From contig CM022673.1 in the NCBI GenBank assembly GCA_012295275.1, forward strand, positions 14,136,001 through 14,200,000: a stretch of DNA of 64,000 bases, in the 5' to 3' direction. A program made the position numbers and the translations under genes. How positions within the stretch are numbered: position 1 is the stretch's first letter; each line of letters opens with the position of its first letter. The notes under the pieces are model-generated. The model searched no databases and was not told the DNA's origin. It worked only from the letters and a program-made list of their open reading frames with translations. Below, piece after piece: positions 13,217 through 29,121 of this stretch. Source of the stretch: Chrysomallon squamiferum (Eukaryota > Animalia > Mollusca).

Positions 13217-14091
13217 TCAACGTTTAAGTTTACGCAGAAAAGAATGGCTTTGTTTTTTGTCTATTATATTAATGCCGGCTTCTCGTTTTCTTCTGGTGAT
13301 AATAATCGGAAAACTTGCGTCTGCATTTACTACTGGATTTTCTTCTGTTATTTCTTCTCGTATTTCTTGTCTTTCCTCCAGTGCCTCTTCCCAAGATTCC
13401 GCCATTTCTTCAATTATCTCGCCAAAATCCTTGCCAGCAGTTGACAGTGATATGAGAATACTCGCTGCAAACACAGTGCATAAACTGAACAGCTTATTTA
13501 CATGTCTCTATTTTACTTCTGAGTTTTTTAATTAACTTGTTTTATTTTTTATTAGAGTTAAAAATAAATCTTTTCCTAGACAAATAACCCGTGTCTTGAA
13601 ACTAAAACACTCGTAATAAATTCGTAAGTCATAGACTTAAATGAAGATTTTATTTTTATTTTTCGAACAACAACCATAAAGCGATAGTCACAGAATATAA
13701 ACTGATAAATTATATTATTTTACTCAACACTAGCATTTGTCAGATGTGTCTGCAGCCGTCTTCATGTAGACTACTTTGCAAATGCTTTTACCTACGTTTA
13801 GATTATTAATTCAAATGCTTTATCGGACAACATTCAGAAAGCAATCTAATATAATATGTACTAGCTTTCTTTATTACTAACTTACGTCTGACACAGTCTT
13901 AAAATATGTCAGTCATATTTGATATCTTCCCGTATTTATATTTTAATTTTATTTAGTTATTTATGTGTGTTTTTGCAATATTTTAAAACTATTTTATGCT
14001 AAATGATATTTAAAATTTTAAAGCATGCAGTTCTCTTTTACATACCCATTATTAGCAATCCAAAAAGAAGCACAAGTTTGGACCTATTCAT
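13217..14091 (-). CDS. Secreted peptide precursor, array copy P1 (acidic core), intact, 97 aa
   Basis: Exon 1 14091-14046 (G|gtatgt) plus exon 2 13464-13217 (tttgcag|): MNRSKLVLLFGLLIMASILISLSTA-GKDFGEIIEEMAESWEEALEERQEIREEITEENPVVNADASFPIIIT-RRKR-EAGINIIDKKQSHSFLRKLKR*. Confidence 0.85.
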
Positions 14092-14889
14092 GCTGTCAGT
14101 GTGTTCATACAAGTGTTGCTTTTATCAAACTATTATTCCTGCAGTCATTTATGTACTAAATTATGCTGACTTCAGTAATTAATATCCTCAACAGAGAAAA
14201 CGATATTTCAATTACATAGCTGACCCCCCTTGATATTATCGCAACAAGTGACAACAATTATAAACTCGAGAAAGTACAAACACTTTATTCAGTTTAATAT
14301 CATGTTCTAAGGAATGCAAACAGAAGAGAAACAGTGAAAAACCACTTGGCAAGTCATTAAATTTTAACCTTTTTTTCCTCACAGTCTAAAAGTACATATG
14401 AAATTTTAAAAAAAACACAAAACTATAATAAGGTCTCTTGCTGGGTTTTTTCCATTTTGTGAAATAAAGCAAAACTTTTATATCTTATACAATTTCTTTA
14501 AAATAATTTACTTTACTTTGAGTTAAATAAATATATAATCCTTTTTATTATTAACAGTTTCTTGTAAATTAATATACTTTTCTTTCTGATAAATAAACAC
14601 ATATACATATATATAAACACACACACATAAAATATATATATTTTTATTAATAATACTGGTTACCATGTATATAACAGACGGCGTTTTCTTATTAAGTTGG
14701 AGGAAATATCAAAACTTGATAAAAGATATGTTTACGTCAAAGAGTAAGATAATCAATCATACTGAAAGGAGCATATCAAATTTAGACATCAGGAAACGGA
14801 TCAAAATGTGATTTCATAAACAAAATATTTTACAAGTTTCTTACTTTTTTACCTGATTGTTTTAAGTCTACCTCTTTTTTTTTGACAGA

Positions 14890-15015
<126 letters not shown>

Positions 15016-15040
15016 ATATATGTGTGTGTGTGTGTGTGTT

Positions 15041-15072
<32 letters not shown>

Positions 15073-16096
15073 GATGTTTGCCTGTTTTCCTCTCGTCGAT
15101 GTAAGATAATATTCTTTAAAATAAAACTGTGCTGTAACAGTACACCACGTGTTAAGATAAAGCACCATTGAACAATGTCATGTAAACACAATTACTCCGC
15201 TTTAGTTATGTTCGTGCACTTCAGTCGCTGTGCTGAACATATAAATGTTAACACGGATGTACAGACATAGTTTTCTTTTATTTCATTTAGTTCTTTATTT
15301 ATGGTTCTAATTAACAAGTTCAAAATATTTAGCATACTCCTAAATAATCACATTGTTACTGTGTCTCATCATTTGTTAATAATAAATTACAACTTGTAAA
15401 TACCTTTCTTTGTTCATGTCTCATTGTGAAATGTCTTTGTTTGAAATGTTAAATAAACGAGCACACAAGGCATTAGAAACTGAAAATTAATAACAGATCA
15501 CTTGTCAGTTTTCAACAACACTGTACACAAAGTATTTAAACAGATCAAACATTGAATCAAATGTTCTTAATAATAACAACAAAATATTATGCACCAATGT
15601 AAAAAAAAATTTGGCCAGTTGTAAAAACAAATTGTCGAAAAAGTGAGTCCAGATTTTCAACATTAAACCCATAAATTCTGTGTCCTTGTTCAACTATATT
15701 TAAGTTTAGTCTTATCTTTAAGCGAAAGACCATCAAACCAAAACCAAGATTTACTAGAAAAAACAACAAAAAAAACAACAACAACAACAAAAACACTCAC
15801 TTCTCTTATAATTTTGCAAAGATTTATTTGGAAATTTGTCAAAGCCGAAATTTCCTGTTGTAAAGATTTTCCATTTTCTGAAATAAAGAAAATAAAACGT
15901 TGATATTTTATACAGTTTATTTAAAACACTTAAATTTTCTTTTTGTTAACTAAAATTATCCATGTTAGTATTTACTTTCTATTATTAACTTTCGTTAATG
16001 AAGAGCAAATAAAACTATATAATGATAACAACAAAGATGATGACGATGTCGATGAAAATGTTGATGATGATGATGATACGGTATTACCTGTACTCA

Positions 16097-17739
16097 TCAT
16101 TCAAGTTCACTCAGAAAAGAAAAACTTTGTTTTTTGTCTATCGTACTAATGCCGGCTTCTCGTTTTCTTCTGACCATTACACGCTCAAAAGTTTCACCAA
16201 TTGCATCAGTAGTTTCTTCTGAGATCTCTTCCGCAGATTCGTACGTCTCTTCAAACCAGTCTCCAAAGAAGTTGCCACGAGCTGACACTGATATGAGAAT
16301 AATCGCTGCAAACACAGTGAACAATGATAAACTGAACAGTGCATTCACTTGTCTCTATTTTACTTCTGAATTGTTTAATTATTTTGTTTTAATTTTCATT
16401 AGACAGAAAGAATAATTATTTTAATAAACAGATAAGCTGTGGTTTCCACCTATAAACTCTCGTAATAAATTTATAAGTCAGAGGTAAAATTTAGAAAGAT
16501 AACTGCAAAGAAACCAGATCTTCAACACATCTCTGATGGAAATAAAACAATTACAAGTTTCAGTAGACATAGACAAGAGGTTATGTTCTGTTTGTAATGC
16601 TTGTAATTAAACTCTGCCTTGATTCCTATTTTATTGAAAATATATTTTTTCTATATATAATATTCTTTTATTTGAAATTACTTTACCTAAAATAGAAGCA
16701 AGATAAACAAAACCTTCTACAGCAGGCAACAAAATCAGAAGCTTGAAATCTTTGGTTAAGTTAACTCTATTTTGATTCTAGCCACTTTTCTAATGTAAAG
16801 AAGCTAAAAACAATTACAGGCATTAAAAACGTCCTGTAGATTTAGACAAGGGATTCACTTGAAACCGTCTGTGGATTTTGAACTATAGGTAATTGTATGT
16901 TATGATCGTGGCAACTAACTTTGTTAGTCTGTACCATCTAGACAAAAAAGCAAGAGACATTTTCCTCGATACTGCCTGACTATCGTCAATGCTGCTTTAC
17001 TAGTTAAGTTTCGGAAATCCATCAAACTCTGCTTTGGAATAACATTGCGTTCACGTTAAGCAAGCGTAAACAGATATGTTATGTAAGCAAGTAAAAAAAC
17101 AATTACACATATTTAAACATTTCACTAGATTCAGGTAGAAAGGATCATTGTGAACCATTTCTAGTATATGCTCAAAAACGCCAGAAACAGACCACTTTGC
17201 ATTTATATCTCAGGTTTGTTTGTTTAGTTAAAAGAAGGCAGTACGATATCATTTTTTTTTTTTTTTTTTTTATTGAACAACAACCAGAAAGCAACAATGT
17301 CAATCAATAAAAATTATTACATATACGTAGATATATTGTATTATTATACTGAACACTATTATTTGTCAGATGTGTCTGCAGCCGTTTTCATATAGATTAC
17401 TTTGCAAATGCTTTTACCTACGTTTAGATTATCAATTCAGTTCGTAAATAAAATCTTGATACAAATTCACGTTTTATCGGACAACATTCAGAAAGCAATC
17501 CAATATAATAGAAAGTAGCTTTCTTTATTACTTACTTACTTCTGACACAGTTTTAAAATATGTCAATTATATTTGATAACTTTCCATATTTATATTTTAA
17601 TTAGTGATTTAAGTATATTTTAAAAATATTTTTAAAATATTTTATGCTAATTGATTTTAGAAATTTTAGAGCATGCATTTCTATTTTACATACCTATTGT
17701 TAGCAATCCAAAAAACAGAACAAGTTTGGAACTAGCCAT
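16097..17739 (-). CDS. Secreted peptide precursor, array copy P2 (acidic core), intact, 84 aa
   Basis: Exon 1 17739-17694 (G|gtatgt) plus exon 2 16305-16097: MASSKLVLFFGLLTIAIILISVSA-RGNFFGDWFEETYESAEEISEETTDAIGETFERVMV-RRKR-EAGISTIDKKQSFSFLSELE*. Confidence 0.85.
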
Positions 17740-18289
17740 GTTGCCACTCTACTCACAAAGTCTTGCTTTTATCAAACTATTATTCCTGCTGACATAAGTA
17801 ATTAACATCCTGAACAGAAAAAAAATAAAGAGATTTCAATTACGTAATTAACCTTGTTTGATATTATCGCAGTAAGTGAAAGAAGAAACTACGTGACAAG
17901 AATTATTACGAATTCGACAAAGTACAAACACTTTCTTCAGTTTAATATCATGTTCTAAGGAATGCAAATAGACGAAGAAGTCCATAAGTATGTATGAAAA
18001 TTAAAAAAGACAAAACTGTAATAAAGTCTTTTGCTATATTTTCCATTTTCTGAAATAAAGTTAAACTTTCATATCTTATACAATTTCTTTAAAATAATTT
18101 ACTTTAATTTCAGTTAAATAAAAACATATTCCTTTTTGTTATTAATAGTTTCTTGAAAATTAATATACTTTTCTTTCTGATAAATATAAACACACACACA
18201 GACATACACACGCACATATATTTCTAATATTTATTTATTACTATTACAACTTTCTTTTAAAATAATTTACTTTTATTTCTTTTAAAATG

Positions 18290-18370
<81 letters not shown>

Positions 18371-18578
18371 AATATATATATATAATATATATATAAAAAC
18401 AAGAAAGAACAAAAATGTAATTTGATGAAATAAAAAATATTTTAAAGAACTGTTTCAAATATAGACATCAGGAAAATGGATTAAAATGTGATTTCATAAA
18501 CAAAATATTTTAGAACTGTTTTGTTTCTTTACTTGATGCTCAAAGTCTAGCATTATCTCAAAACGTTTTTGACAAAAT

Positions 18579-18687
<109 letters not shown>

Positions 18688-19601
18688 TTAGATGTTTGCC
18701 TGTTTTCCTCTCGTCGATGTAAGATAATATTCTTTAAAATAAAACTGTGCTGTAACAGTACACCACGTGTTAAGATAAAGCACCATTGAACAATGTCATG
18801 TAAACACAATTACTCCGCTTTAGTTATGTTCGTGCACTTCAGTCGCTGTGCTGAACATATAAATGTTAACACGGATGTACAGACATAGTTTTCTTTTATT
18901 TCATTTAGTTCTTTATTTATGGTTCTAATTAACAAGTTCAAAATATTTAGCATACTGATATGTGATGTAAGCAAGTAAAAAAACAGTTACACATATTTAA
19001 GCATTTCACTGGATTCAGGTAGAAAGTACCGTTCTGTGCTCGTTTTTACCATTTCTAGTATATGTCCAAAAATGCCAGAAACAGACCACTTTGCATTCCT
19101 ATATCAGGTTTGTTTATTTATTTCAGTTTGTAGTTATAAGAAGACAGTATTATATTTTTTAATTATTTTTTATCGAACAACAACCAGAAAGCAACAATGT
19201 CAATGAATATGAATTATTATATATACACATAGATATATTGTATTATTATACTGAACACTAGTATTTGTCAGATGTGTCTGCAGCCGTTTTCATATAGACT
19301 ACTTTGCAAATGCTTTTACCTACGTTTAGATTATCAATTCAGTTCGTAAATAAAATCTTGATACAAATTCATGTTTTATCGAACAACATTCAGAAAGCAA
19401 TCTAATATAATAGAAAGTAGCTTTCTTTATTACTTACTTATTTCTGACACAGTTTTAGCATATGCCAATTGTATTTGATAACTTCCCATATTTATATTTT
19501 AATTTTATTTAATGATTTAAGTATATTTTAAAATTATTTAAAAACTATTTTATGCTAAATGATTTTAGAAATTTTAGAGCATGCATTTCTCTTTTACATA
19601 C

Positions 19602-19647
19602 CCATTCTTAGCAATCAAAAAAGCAGAACAAGTTTGGAACTATCCAT
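19602..19647 (-). pseudogene. Array copy P3: orphan exon 1 with nonsense codon
   Basis: ATG GAT AGT TCC AAA CTT GTT CTG CTT TTT TGA (GGA>TGA relative to P1/P2). The donor is intact, but there is no exon 2 before the next gene; it sits in a partial duplicate (~18960-20650) of the P1/P2 flanks. Confidence 0.8.
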
Positions 19648-20271
19648 GTTGTCGCTCTGCTCGTACAGGTCTTGCTTTTATCAAACTATTATTCCTGCAG
19701 TCATTTATGTACTAAATAATCTTGACATAAGTAATTAACATTCTGAACAGAAGAAAAACGATATTTCAATTACGTTAATAAACCTTGTTTGATATTATCG
19801 CAGTAAGTGAAGGAAGAAACCACGTGACAAGAATTATGAACTGGAGAAAGTAAATTCACTTTCTTCAGTTTAATATCATGTTCTAAGAAATGCAAACAGA
19901 CAGAAGAGAAACAGTGAATAACCATTTGGCATGTCATTTTAACCTGTGTTTCCTTACAGTCTAAAAGTACATATGAAATTTTAAAAACCACAAAACTGTA
20001 GTAAAGTATCTTGCTGTGTTTTTTTTTTCCATTTTTTTAAAATATAGCCAAACTTTAATATCTTGTAAATTTCGTTAAAATAATTGACTTTACTTTAAGT
20101 TAAATAAATATATATTCCTTTTTATTATTAACAGTTTCTTGTAAATTAATATACTTTTCTTTCTGATAAATAAACACACATACACATATATAAACACACA
20201 CACATATAATATATATATTTTTATTATTAATACTTTCCTCTATAATAATTTGCTTTTCTTTCTTTTGAATT

Positions 20272-20321
<50 letters not shown>

Positions 20322-20645
20322 ATATATAACAAGAAAAAACAATCATAATGAAGATGATATTGATTATGATCAGATTAAACCTGGTCTACAGTTAGTGGCT
20401 GGTGCAGAACATTTGGTTACCATGTATATAATAAAGTGCGTTTTCTTATTATGTTGGAGGAAATTTCAAAACTTCTTAAAAAATAAGTTTATATCAAAGA
20501 TTAAGATAATCAATCATACTCAAAGGAACATATCAAATTAATACATCAGGAAACGGATCAAAATGTTATTTCATAAACAAAATATTTTACAATTTTCTTA
20601 CTTCTTTACCTGATTGTTTTAAGTCTTCCATTTTCTTTTGACAGA

Positions 20646-20858
<213 letters not shown>

Positions 20859-21550
20859 GTATAAATTGCAGACAGTGGCAGTTTGCATAAAGAGTAATTA
20901 AATTCATAAAAATTATATTATCTGTCACAAACAAACATGTTATTGTAATTACATATCTCCTTTCAAAATCAGGCAAATCCTTTTTGTTAAGAAAACTGTT
21001 AGTTCCTGTTCAACGGCCAAAGTTTTCTTGGTGTTTCTTTTATTCAATTTCATTTTGTCTTTGTCTTTATTCCAGTGTGTCCTTTTTTCTAGAAATTTCT
21101 TTGTTTATATATTATCCTGAATTTCTTCAAGTGAATTCCAGTAAATATCCACTTCTGTAGTCGAAATCCTGGATATATATATAAATTAATATTTCAATAC
21201 TGAGTAATAAATTATTGTTCATCAAGTCTAAGATTAGATTTTATCTGAAATAAATTGTGTTGCCGGTGCTGAACACCTGGTTAATATGTATCTAATTAAG
21301 AATTTTTCGCTTTTATTATCTTGGAGGATATATGAAAACCTTTTAAAAGATTAGTGTCTGTGTCTTGGTTATTTTATTTATGTCAAAGAGTGAGTGTATG
21401 CAAACATTCAGAAAGAAAAAGCATCAAATTTAGTGATGAAGAAGTAGATCAAAATGTGAGTCCATAAACGACATATTTTAGAATGTTCCAAGCATTTCAT
21501 TCCTTTATCTCATTTTTTAAGTCTGACATACAAAATCAGCTCTTTTGACA

Positions 21551-21650
<100 letters not shown>

Positions 21651-22190
21651 CGTGTGTAAGATAATGTTTTCTAAAATAAAATCATGCTGTAATAGTAAAC
21701 GTGTTAAGACATGAGACAGCTGATCAATCTTAATGTAAACATCATTAGATCCGGGTTAGTTATTTTCATGTACTTTAAGCGCTGTGCTAAATACACATTT
21801 CAAACGATCACAAATGCTAACATGCATGTTACATAACCTTGAAAAAAACGTTGTTTTTTTTATAGTTTATTATTAGACCTATTGTTTTTATTCCATATTC
21901 TTCTGACATCAGGTTGTTGTTTTTCGTTTTGTATTTTATTATTATTATTGTTATTACTGTTCTTGTGGTTCTTGTTGTTGCTGCTAGCGGTCTTATTTTG
22001 GTGATGGTGATAATTATAATGATTTAATTTAAATTTATAGAATAAAACGATACAGGAATCTTTATTCCATTACAAATGTATTTTATATTTTGTTAGATAA
22101 CTCACTTCAGTAAGTCACATAACAAAAGTTATTATTGTAGAGTACATTATAAACATTCAAATTTTAAATACATTTTGATTGGTCAGTGCA

Positions 22191-22253
<63 letters not shown>

Positions 22254-22380
22254 TACTATTATCATAATCATCATCTACATCATTATTGTTATTATTATTA
22301 TGTTTACCATATTATTATTGCTGTTGTTGTTATTATTATTATCCTTATCATGCTGATTACTATCATAATAATAATAATAA

Positions 22381-22439
<59 letters not shown>

Positions 22440-22704
22440 TGTTTTCATACATTACGTATAATACCTCTTTCTGAAAGAGGATATAATCATTTAGCTTTAT
22501 TATTTTGTTGAACTGATTTCGACTTTTACAAGTTTTAATTTTTAATTAATTAATACATTTTTAATTTTTACTTCGTTTCTCTCTCCGGGTATGTATCTAT
22601 TATAGTTCCCGAAAGATTTATACATACATACATACATACATACATACAGACATACTTTCGTACATACATACATATATACATACATACATACATACATACA
22701 TACA

Positions 22705-22738
<34 letters not shown>

Positions 22739-23649
22739 CATACATATATATAATATAAAAAATAGTCAGTTCGTACAATTTTACAGAAAAATATCCAGAT
22801 AGAGACAGACCAACGGAAAGAATTAATGAATTACTTGAATTATTGGATTTTTTTTATTTATTTTTTTTTTTAATTTTACTTTTTTCACGGACTTTGAGAA
22901 TGGTGTTTAAATGGCTTTTTGAAATATATTTGCTTTTAGATGTGTATTTGTATTAAATGTTACAATATTTTGTAGCTGTTTTTTTTTTTTTTGTTATTGT
23001 TGTTTTGAGAAATGATACTTTCTAAATAGTTTTTGAGATAATTTTATATGGATTTAGAAACGTACTGCTTTGCTCGAGAAATGTTTTTTAAACATGTCTG
23101 AACATGTTTGTATATAGTTTTAAAAGCTTTTATGCATGTAAATAAATGTTTTTGTAATATGATAGCAAACTAATAAATATATTGACAAAGGACCAAAGTA
23201 CACTGTAATATACACTGCAATGGTCAACTTTAACTTAACTCGAATACCTAATGATAAAATTAGAATGTTTTTTTTTAAATTCTTACATACATATATATTA
23301 ATATAATTAAAATGACTGAAATCTGTTATAATTTTGCAAAGATTTATTTGGAAATTTGTCACAGCCTATATCTCCAGCAGTAAAGAATTTCCATTTTCTG
23401 AAATAAATACAACAAAACCTTAATATCTTATACAATTTATTTAAAACAATTCACTTTTCTTTTTGCTAAAAAAATTATTTGTTTTACTATTTACTTTATA
23501 TGATCAAGTTTTAAAATGTGATGTTAATGAAAATCAAATAAAAATGACAAATAAAAACAAACAACCGATAATGATGAAAATAATGATAATAATGATGCTG
23601 ATGATGATTCTGATGATGATGAATAAAATTACAAGACAACATTGTTACC

Positions 23650-24192
23650 TTTATTTAACGTTTTTCGAGAAAAGACTTACGTTACTTTTCTTTTTGTCAG
23701 TCTAATTTATTCTCTTCTTCTTACATTATTTTACATGATTTTAATTATCTATCAATCTACGTACATAAATATATATTACATCATTTTATATTATTTTACA
23801 TTTTCTTACATAATTTGACAGAATCAAATGAAGTAATCAGAGAATTCTAGTCGTCACTGATTTTTGTAAAATAGATAACTGTTACCCTTCCTTTCACTTT
23901 ACAACCTTTTGCTTCTTCTAGACTAAAAAAACATAAGACACACTTTCCTCCATCCTAACTGATTATCACCATTAAGATTCCAGTAAGCAGCGACACAAGA
24001 GAAAATTATTTACCTTTCGTTGAACAATTTAGGTTATACAAAATATATTTACAATACTGATTCAAAATACTATACATAAAAATTATTCTTAAGCTAAACT
24101 GTTTCTAGGTAATATTAAAACCCTATACTTATCTTTCACTTACCCACTATTATTATCAATCCAAAAAGCTGTACGGTTTTTGAACCACTCAT
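23650..24192 (-). pseudogene. Array copy P4: exon 2 core deleted
   Basis: Exon 1 24192-24144 reads MSGSKTVQLFGLIIIV with G|gtaagt. At 23720/23721 the sequence jumps from tctcttcttc to ttacattatt, lacking ~280 bp (30150-30428 in P6) that hold the acceptor and peptide core. Confidence 0.85.
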
Positions 24193-24592
24193 GATGTAAA
24201 TATGTTGTATGTTGTCTTGTTTCTGTATGTCACTCTCATTCCAGCACTTGTATATATACAAAGAATTATGCTGACATGATTATTTACATCGGGCACTTTT
24301 ATTTCAGTTACGCAGATTAAATTCAATTAAGTAATTACGCATTAAGAATTATCATATCAGTTACAAATAAACATTTTATTGTAAATAAATAACATCTTAC
24401 TGCACAAATCTTGTTTCTTAAGAAAACTGTTAGTTCCTGTTAAGGGGCCAAATCTTTCTTGTTTTATTGATTCAGTTTCAGTGTGATATTTTGTCAACCT
24501 TTTTTATTCTACTGTTTCCTTTTTTCTTCCAAAAATGTCTTTATTTCCATATAATCCTGAATTTCTACAAACGAAATCCAGTAAATATCGGC

Positions 24593-24698
<106 letters not shown>

Positions 24699-24897
24699 GT
24701 ATGTATGTATGTTAGATAATTTTCTTTAAAAGAAAACCATGCTGTAATAGTATACATGTTAAGATATGATACAGCTGATCATTCTTAGTGTAAACATCAT
24801 TAGATCCGGTTTAGTTATTTTCCTACCAACACAAACATAAAATACGGATGTTATATAGCCTATTTTGTTATATAATTCAGTTCTTCAAGTCAGAAAC

Positions 24898-24937
<40 letters not shown>

Positions 24938-25518
24938 GTTATTGTTATTGTTATTGTTATTATTTGTCTTAACAAGAGTCCCAAATTACGTCATTTACTT
25001 TTTCAGAAAGACGATATAATTTTATAGTTTAATTCATTTCAGCTGATTGATTTTTTAAATTACTTTGTTTTAACCTTTTTCTCTCCAAGTATATATCTAT
25101 ACTAGTACCCCATAGGTTCATACACATATATAAATTAAAAGAAGAACCCAACAAATATATATATATATATATATAATATATAAAATAACACTCAATTCTC
25201 TTATAATTTTGCAAAGATTTATTTGAAAATTTGTCAAGGTGATATTTCCTGCTGTGAAGATTTTCCATTTTCTGAAATAAATACAACAAAACTTTAATAT
25301 CTTCTACACTTTATTTAAAACAGTTCATGTTTCTTGTTGCTAAATAAAATGATCTATTTTAGTATTTACTTTACATTATTAACTTTTAAAATGTGATGTT
25401 GGGAACAAATGAAAGTAGACAATGCATAACAACAAACAACAATAATGATGAACATTATGGTAATAACGATGATGATGATGGTGATGATGAATAAAATTAC
25501 AAGACAACACTGTTACCT

Positions 25519-26368
25519 TTATGCAGCGCTTTCCGACAAATGAACGAATTCTTTATTGTTTGTCAAATGTATTCCTCTTCTTTTTCTGTAAACACTATCA
25601 GAAGCCCGGAATTCCCAAGGCCTGGGAATTCGTGAATCAGTCCGGCGGTCTGCGTCAACAGTAGACAGTGATAAGAGAATCCCTGCTGCAAAGACGTAAT
25701 GAGAAAGTGAACAGTTATTTTGATATGTCTCACATTATTTAATTTCGTGTGTTCTAATTAACAGACTTTGATTAAATACATATTTTAAATAGATCTTTAT
25801 TTTTAATTTTACTTTATCTTACACCATATTAATTATCTATCTACCTATCTATCAATATATGTATATACAAACTTTTTACATTATTTTACATCATTTTTAT
25901 TATCTACCTATCTACTGATATGTGTGTGTGTATGTGTGTGTGTGTATATATATATATACTTCATTATTTTAAATGTTTTGACAGAAATAACAAAATAATA
26001 AGAGTATTCTAGTCGTCATGGCTTTTGTAGAACAGATAACTGTTACCTTTCCTGGTCAATTCGTACTTCTTCTAGACTAAAATATACACTTTCGTCCATT
26101 CTAACCGATTATTACCATCAACATTCTTGTAATTAAGATTCAAATAAATAGCAACGTCACTAGAGAAAATCATTTATCTTTGTCTTCTGTTGGCATATTT
26201 AAACAATTTAGATTTTACAAAACTAATTACGATATTAATTCAAAATATCATAGATTAAAAATTATTATTAAGCTTTTCTGTCTCTAGCTAATATTAAAAC
26301 CATATACTTATCTTTTACTTACCTACTATTAGCAGTCCAAAAAGCAGTACGGTTTTGGAACCAGCCAT
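25519..26368 (-). CDS. Secreted peptide precursor, array copy P5, intact, 70 aa
   Basis: Exon 1 26368-26323 (G|gtaagt) plus exon 2 25685-25519: MAGSKTVLLFGLLIVAGILLSLSTVDA-DRRTDSRIPRPWEFRASDSVY-RKRR-GIHLTNNKEFVHLSESAA*. Confidence 0.85.
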
Positions 26369-26426
26369 GATGTAGATATATTGAATGTTGTCTTGTTTCT
26401 GTATGTAACTCTCATTGCAGCACTTG

Positions 26427-26492
26427 TATATATATCTAAAATTATGCTGACATAATTATTTACATCCAGAACTTGTATTTCAGTTACGCAAT
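26427..26492 (-). promoter_or_regulatory. Conserved proximal promoter of the peptide genes (TATATA, AT-rich+TGCTGAC, TTACGCAA)
   Basis: TATATA lies ~60 nt upstream of the ATG, next to aaattaTGCTGAC (26445-26451) and TTACGCAA (26484-26491). attatgctgac recurs at ~14160, 24265, 30981, 33184, 36487 and 38707. Confidence 0.45.
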
Positions 26493-26747
26493 AGGAATTA
26501 TCGTATTAGTTACAAGTAAACATATTATTGTAAATAGATATCATCTTAATGAGCCGGACGGTTCCTGTTTCTTAAGAAAACTGTTAATTCATGTTAAGAG
26601 GCCAAATCTTTCTTGTTTTATTGATTCAGTTTTAGTGTGATATTTTGTCAATCTTTTTTTATTCTACTGTGTCCTTTTTTCTTCCAAAAATGTCTTTTTT
26701 TTCATATAATCCTGAATTTCTTCAAGTGAATTCCAGTAAATACCGTC

Positions 26748-27021
<274 letters not shown>

Positions 27022-27713
27022 AAATTGCAGACAGTGGCAGTTTGCATAAAGAGTAATTAAATTCATAAAAAATTATATTATCTGTCACAAACAAACATGT
27101 TATTGTAATTACATATCTCCTTTCAAAATCAGGCAAATCCTTTTTTAAGAAAACTGTTAGTTCCTGTTCAACGGCCAAAGTTTTCTTGGTGTTTCTTTTA
27201 TTCAATTTCATTTTGTCTTTGTCTTTATTCCAGTGTGTCCTTTTTTCTAGAAATTTCTTTGTTTATATATTATCCTGAATTTCTTCAAGTAAATTCCAGT
27301 AAATATCCACTTCTGTAGTCGAAATCCTGGATATATATATAAATTAATATTTCAATACTGAGTAATAAATTATTGTTCATCAAGTCTAAGATTAGATTTT
27401 ATCTGAAATAAATTGTGTTGCCGGTGCTGAACACCTGGTTAATATGTATCTAATTAAGAATTTTTCGCTTTTATTATCTTGGAGGATATATGAAAACCTT
27501 TTAAAAGATTAGTGTCTGTGTTTTGGTTATTTTATTTATGTCAAAGAGTGAGAGTATGCAAACAGTCAGAAAGAAAAAGCATCAAATTTAGTGATGAAGA
27601 AGTAGATCAAAATCTGAGTCCATAAACGACATATTTTAGAATGTTCCAAGCATTTCATTCCTTTATCTCATTTTTTTAAGTCTGACACAGAAAATCAGCT
27701 CTTTTGATTTTGA

Positions 27714-27854
<141 letters not shown>

Positions 27855-28138
27855 ACGTGTGTAAGATAATATTTTTTAAAATAAAACCATGCTGTAATAG
27901 TATACGTGTTAAGACATGAGACAGTTGATCAATCTTAGTGTAAACATCATTAGATCCGGGTTAGTTATTTTCATGTACTTTAAGCGCTGTGCTAAATACA
28001 CATTTCAAACGATCACAAATGCTAACACGCATGTTACATAACCTTGAAAAAAAAGTGGGTTTTTTGTATAGTTTATTATTAGACGTATTGTTTTTATTCC
28101 ATTTTCTTCTGACATCAGGTTGTTGTTTTCGTTTTGTA

Positions 28139-28169
<31 letters not shown>

Positions 28170-28433
28170 GTTATTGTTGTTTTGTTGTTGTTGCTATTAT
28201 TGTTGTTGTGGTTGTTGTTGTTGCTGCTAGCGGTCTTATTTTAGTGATGGTGATAATTATAATGATTTAATTTAAATTTATAGAATAAAACGATACAGGA
28301 ATCTTTATTCCATTACAAATGTATTTTATATTTTGTTAGATAAGTCACTTCAGCAAGTCACATAACAAAAGTTATTATTGTAGAGTACATTATAAACATT
28401 CAAATTTTAAATATATTTTGATTGGTCAGTGCA

Positions 28434-28466
<33 letters not shown>

Positions 28467-28593
28467 TACTATTAACATAATCACCATCTACATCATTATT
28501 GTTATTATTATTATTTTTACCATATTATTATTGCTGTTGTTGTTATTATTATTATCATTATCATGCTGATTACTATCATAATAATAATAATAA

Positions 28594-28640
<47 letters not shown>

Positions 28641-28880
28641 TTGTTTTCATACATTACGTATAATACCTCTTTCTGAAAGAGGATATAATCATATAGCTTT
28701 ATTATTTTGTTGAACTGATTTCGACTTTTACAACTTTTTATTTTTAATTAATTAATACATTTTTAGTTTTTTACTTCGTTTCTCTCTCCGGGTATGTATC
28801 TATTATAGTTCCCGAAAGATTTTATACATACATACATACATACATACATACATACATACATACATACATACATACATACA

Positions 28881-28928
<48 letters not shown>

Positions 28929-29121
28929 CAGGGTGTCCCAGAAGTCACGCACCATGAAGATTTTTATTTAGATACATATGAATACAAATTTTATTAATAA
29001 TAATCATAAATGCTCAAATTGCTTGCCCTCTGCATTGATACATACTGTTTTTTACTCTGTAATATAAAAAAATATATATATTATATACATGTATATGGTG
29101 CGCGACTTCTGGGACACCCTG
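28929..29121. mobile_element. 193-bp MITE, Tc1/mariner-type TIRs, TA target
   Basis: 27-bp TIRs CAGGGTGTCCCAGAAGTC(A/G)CGCACCAT with one mismatch, flanked by TA. The element is absent from the paralogous sites at ~22745 and ~34640. Confidence 0.9.

Noticed and set aside
25609-25631. Hairpin GAATTCCCA-aggcc-TGGGAATTC inside the P5/P7 core
   Set aside because: A 9-bp stem in coding sequence, absent from the other subfamilies; it could be chance.
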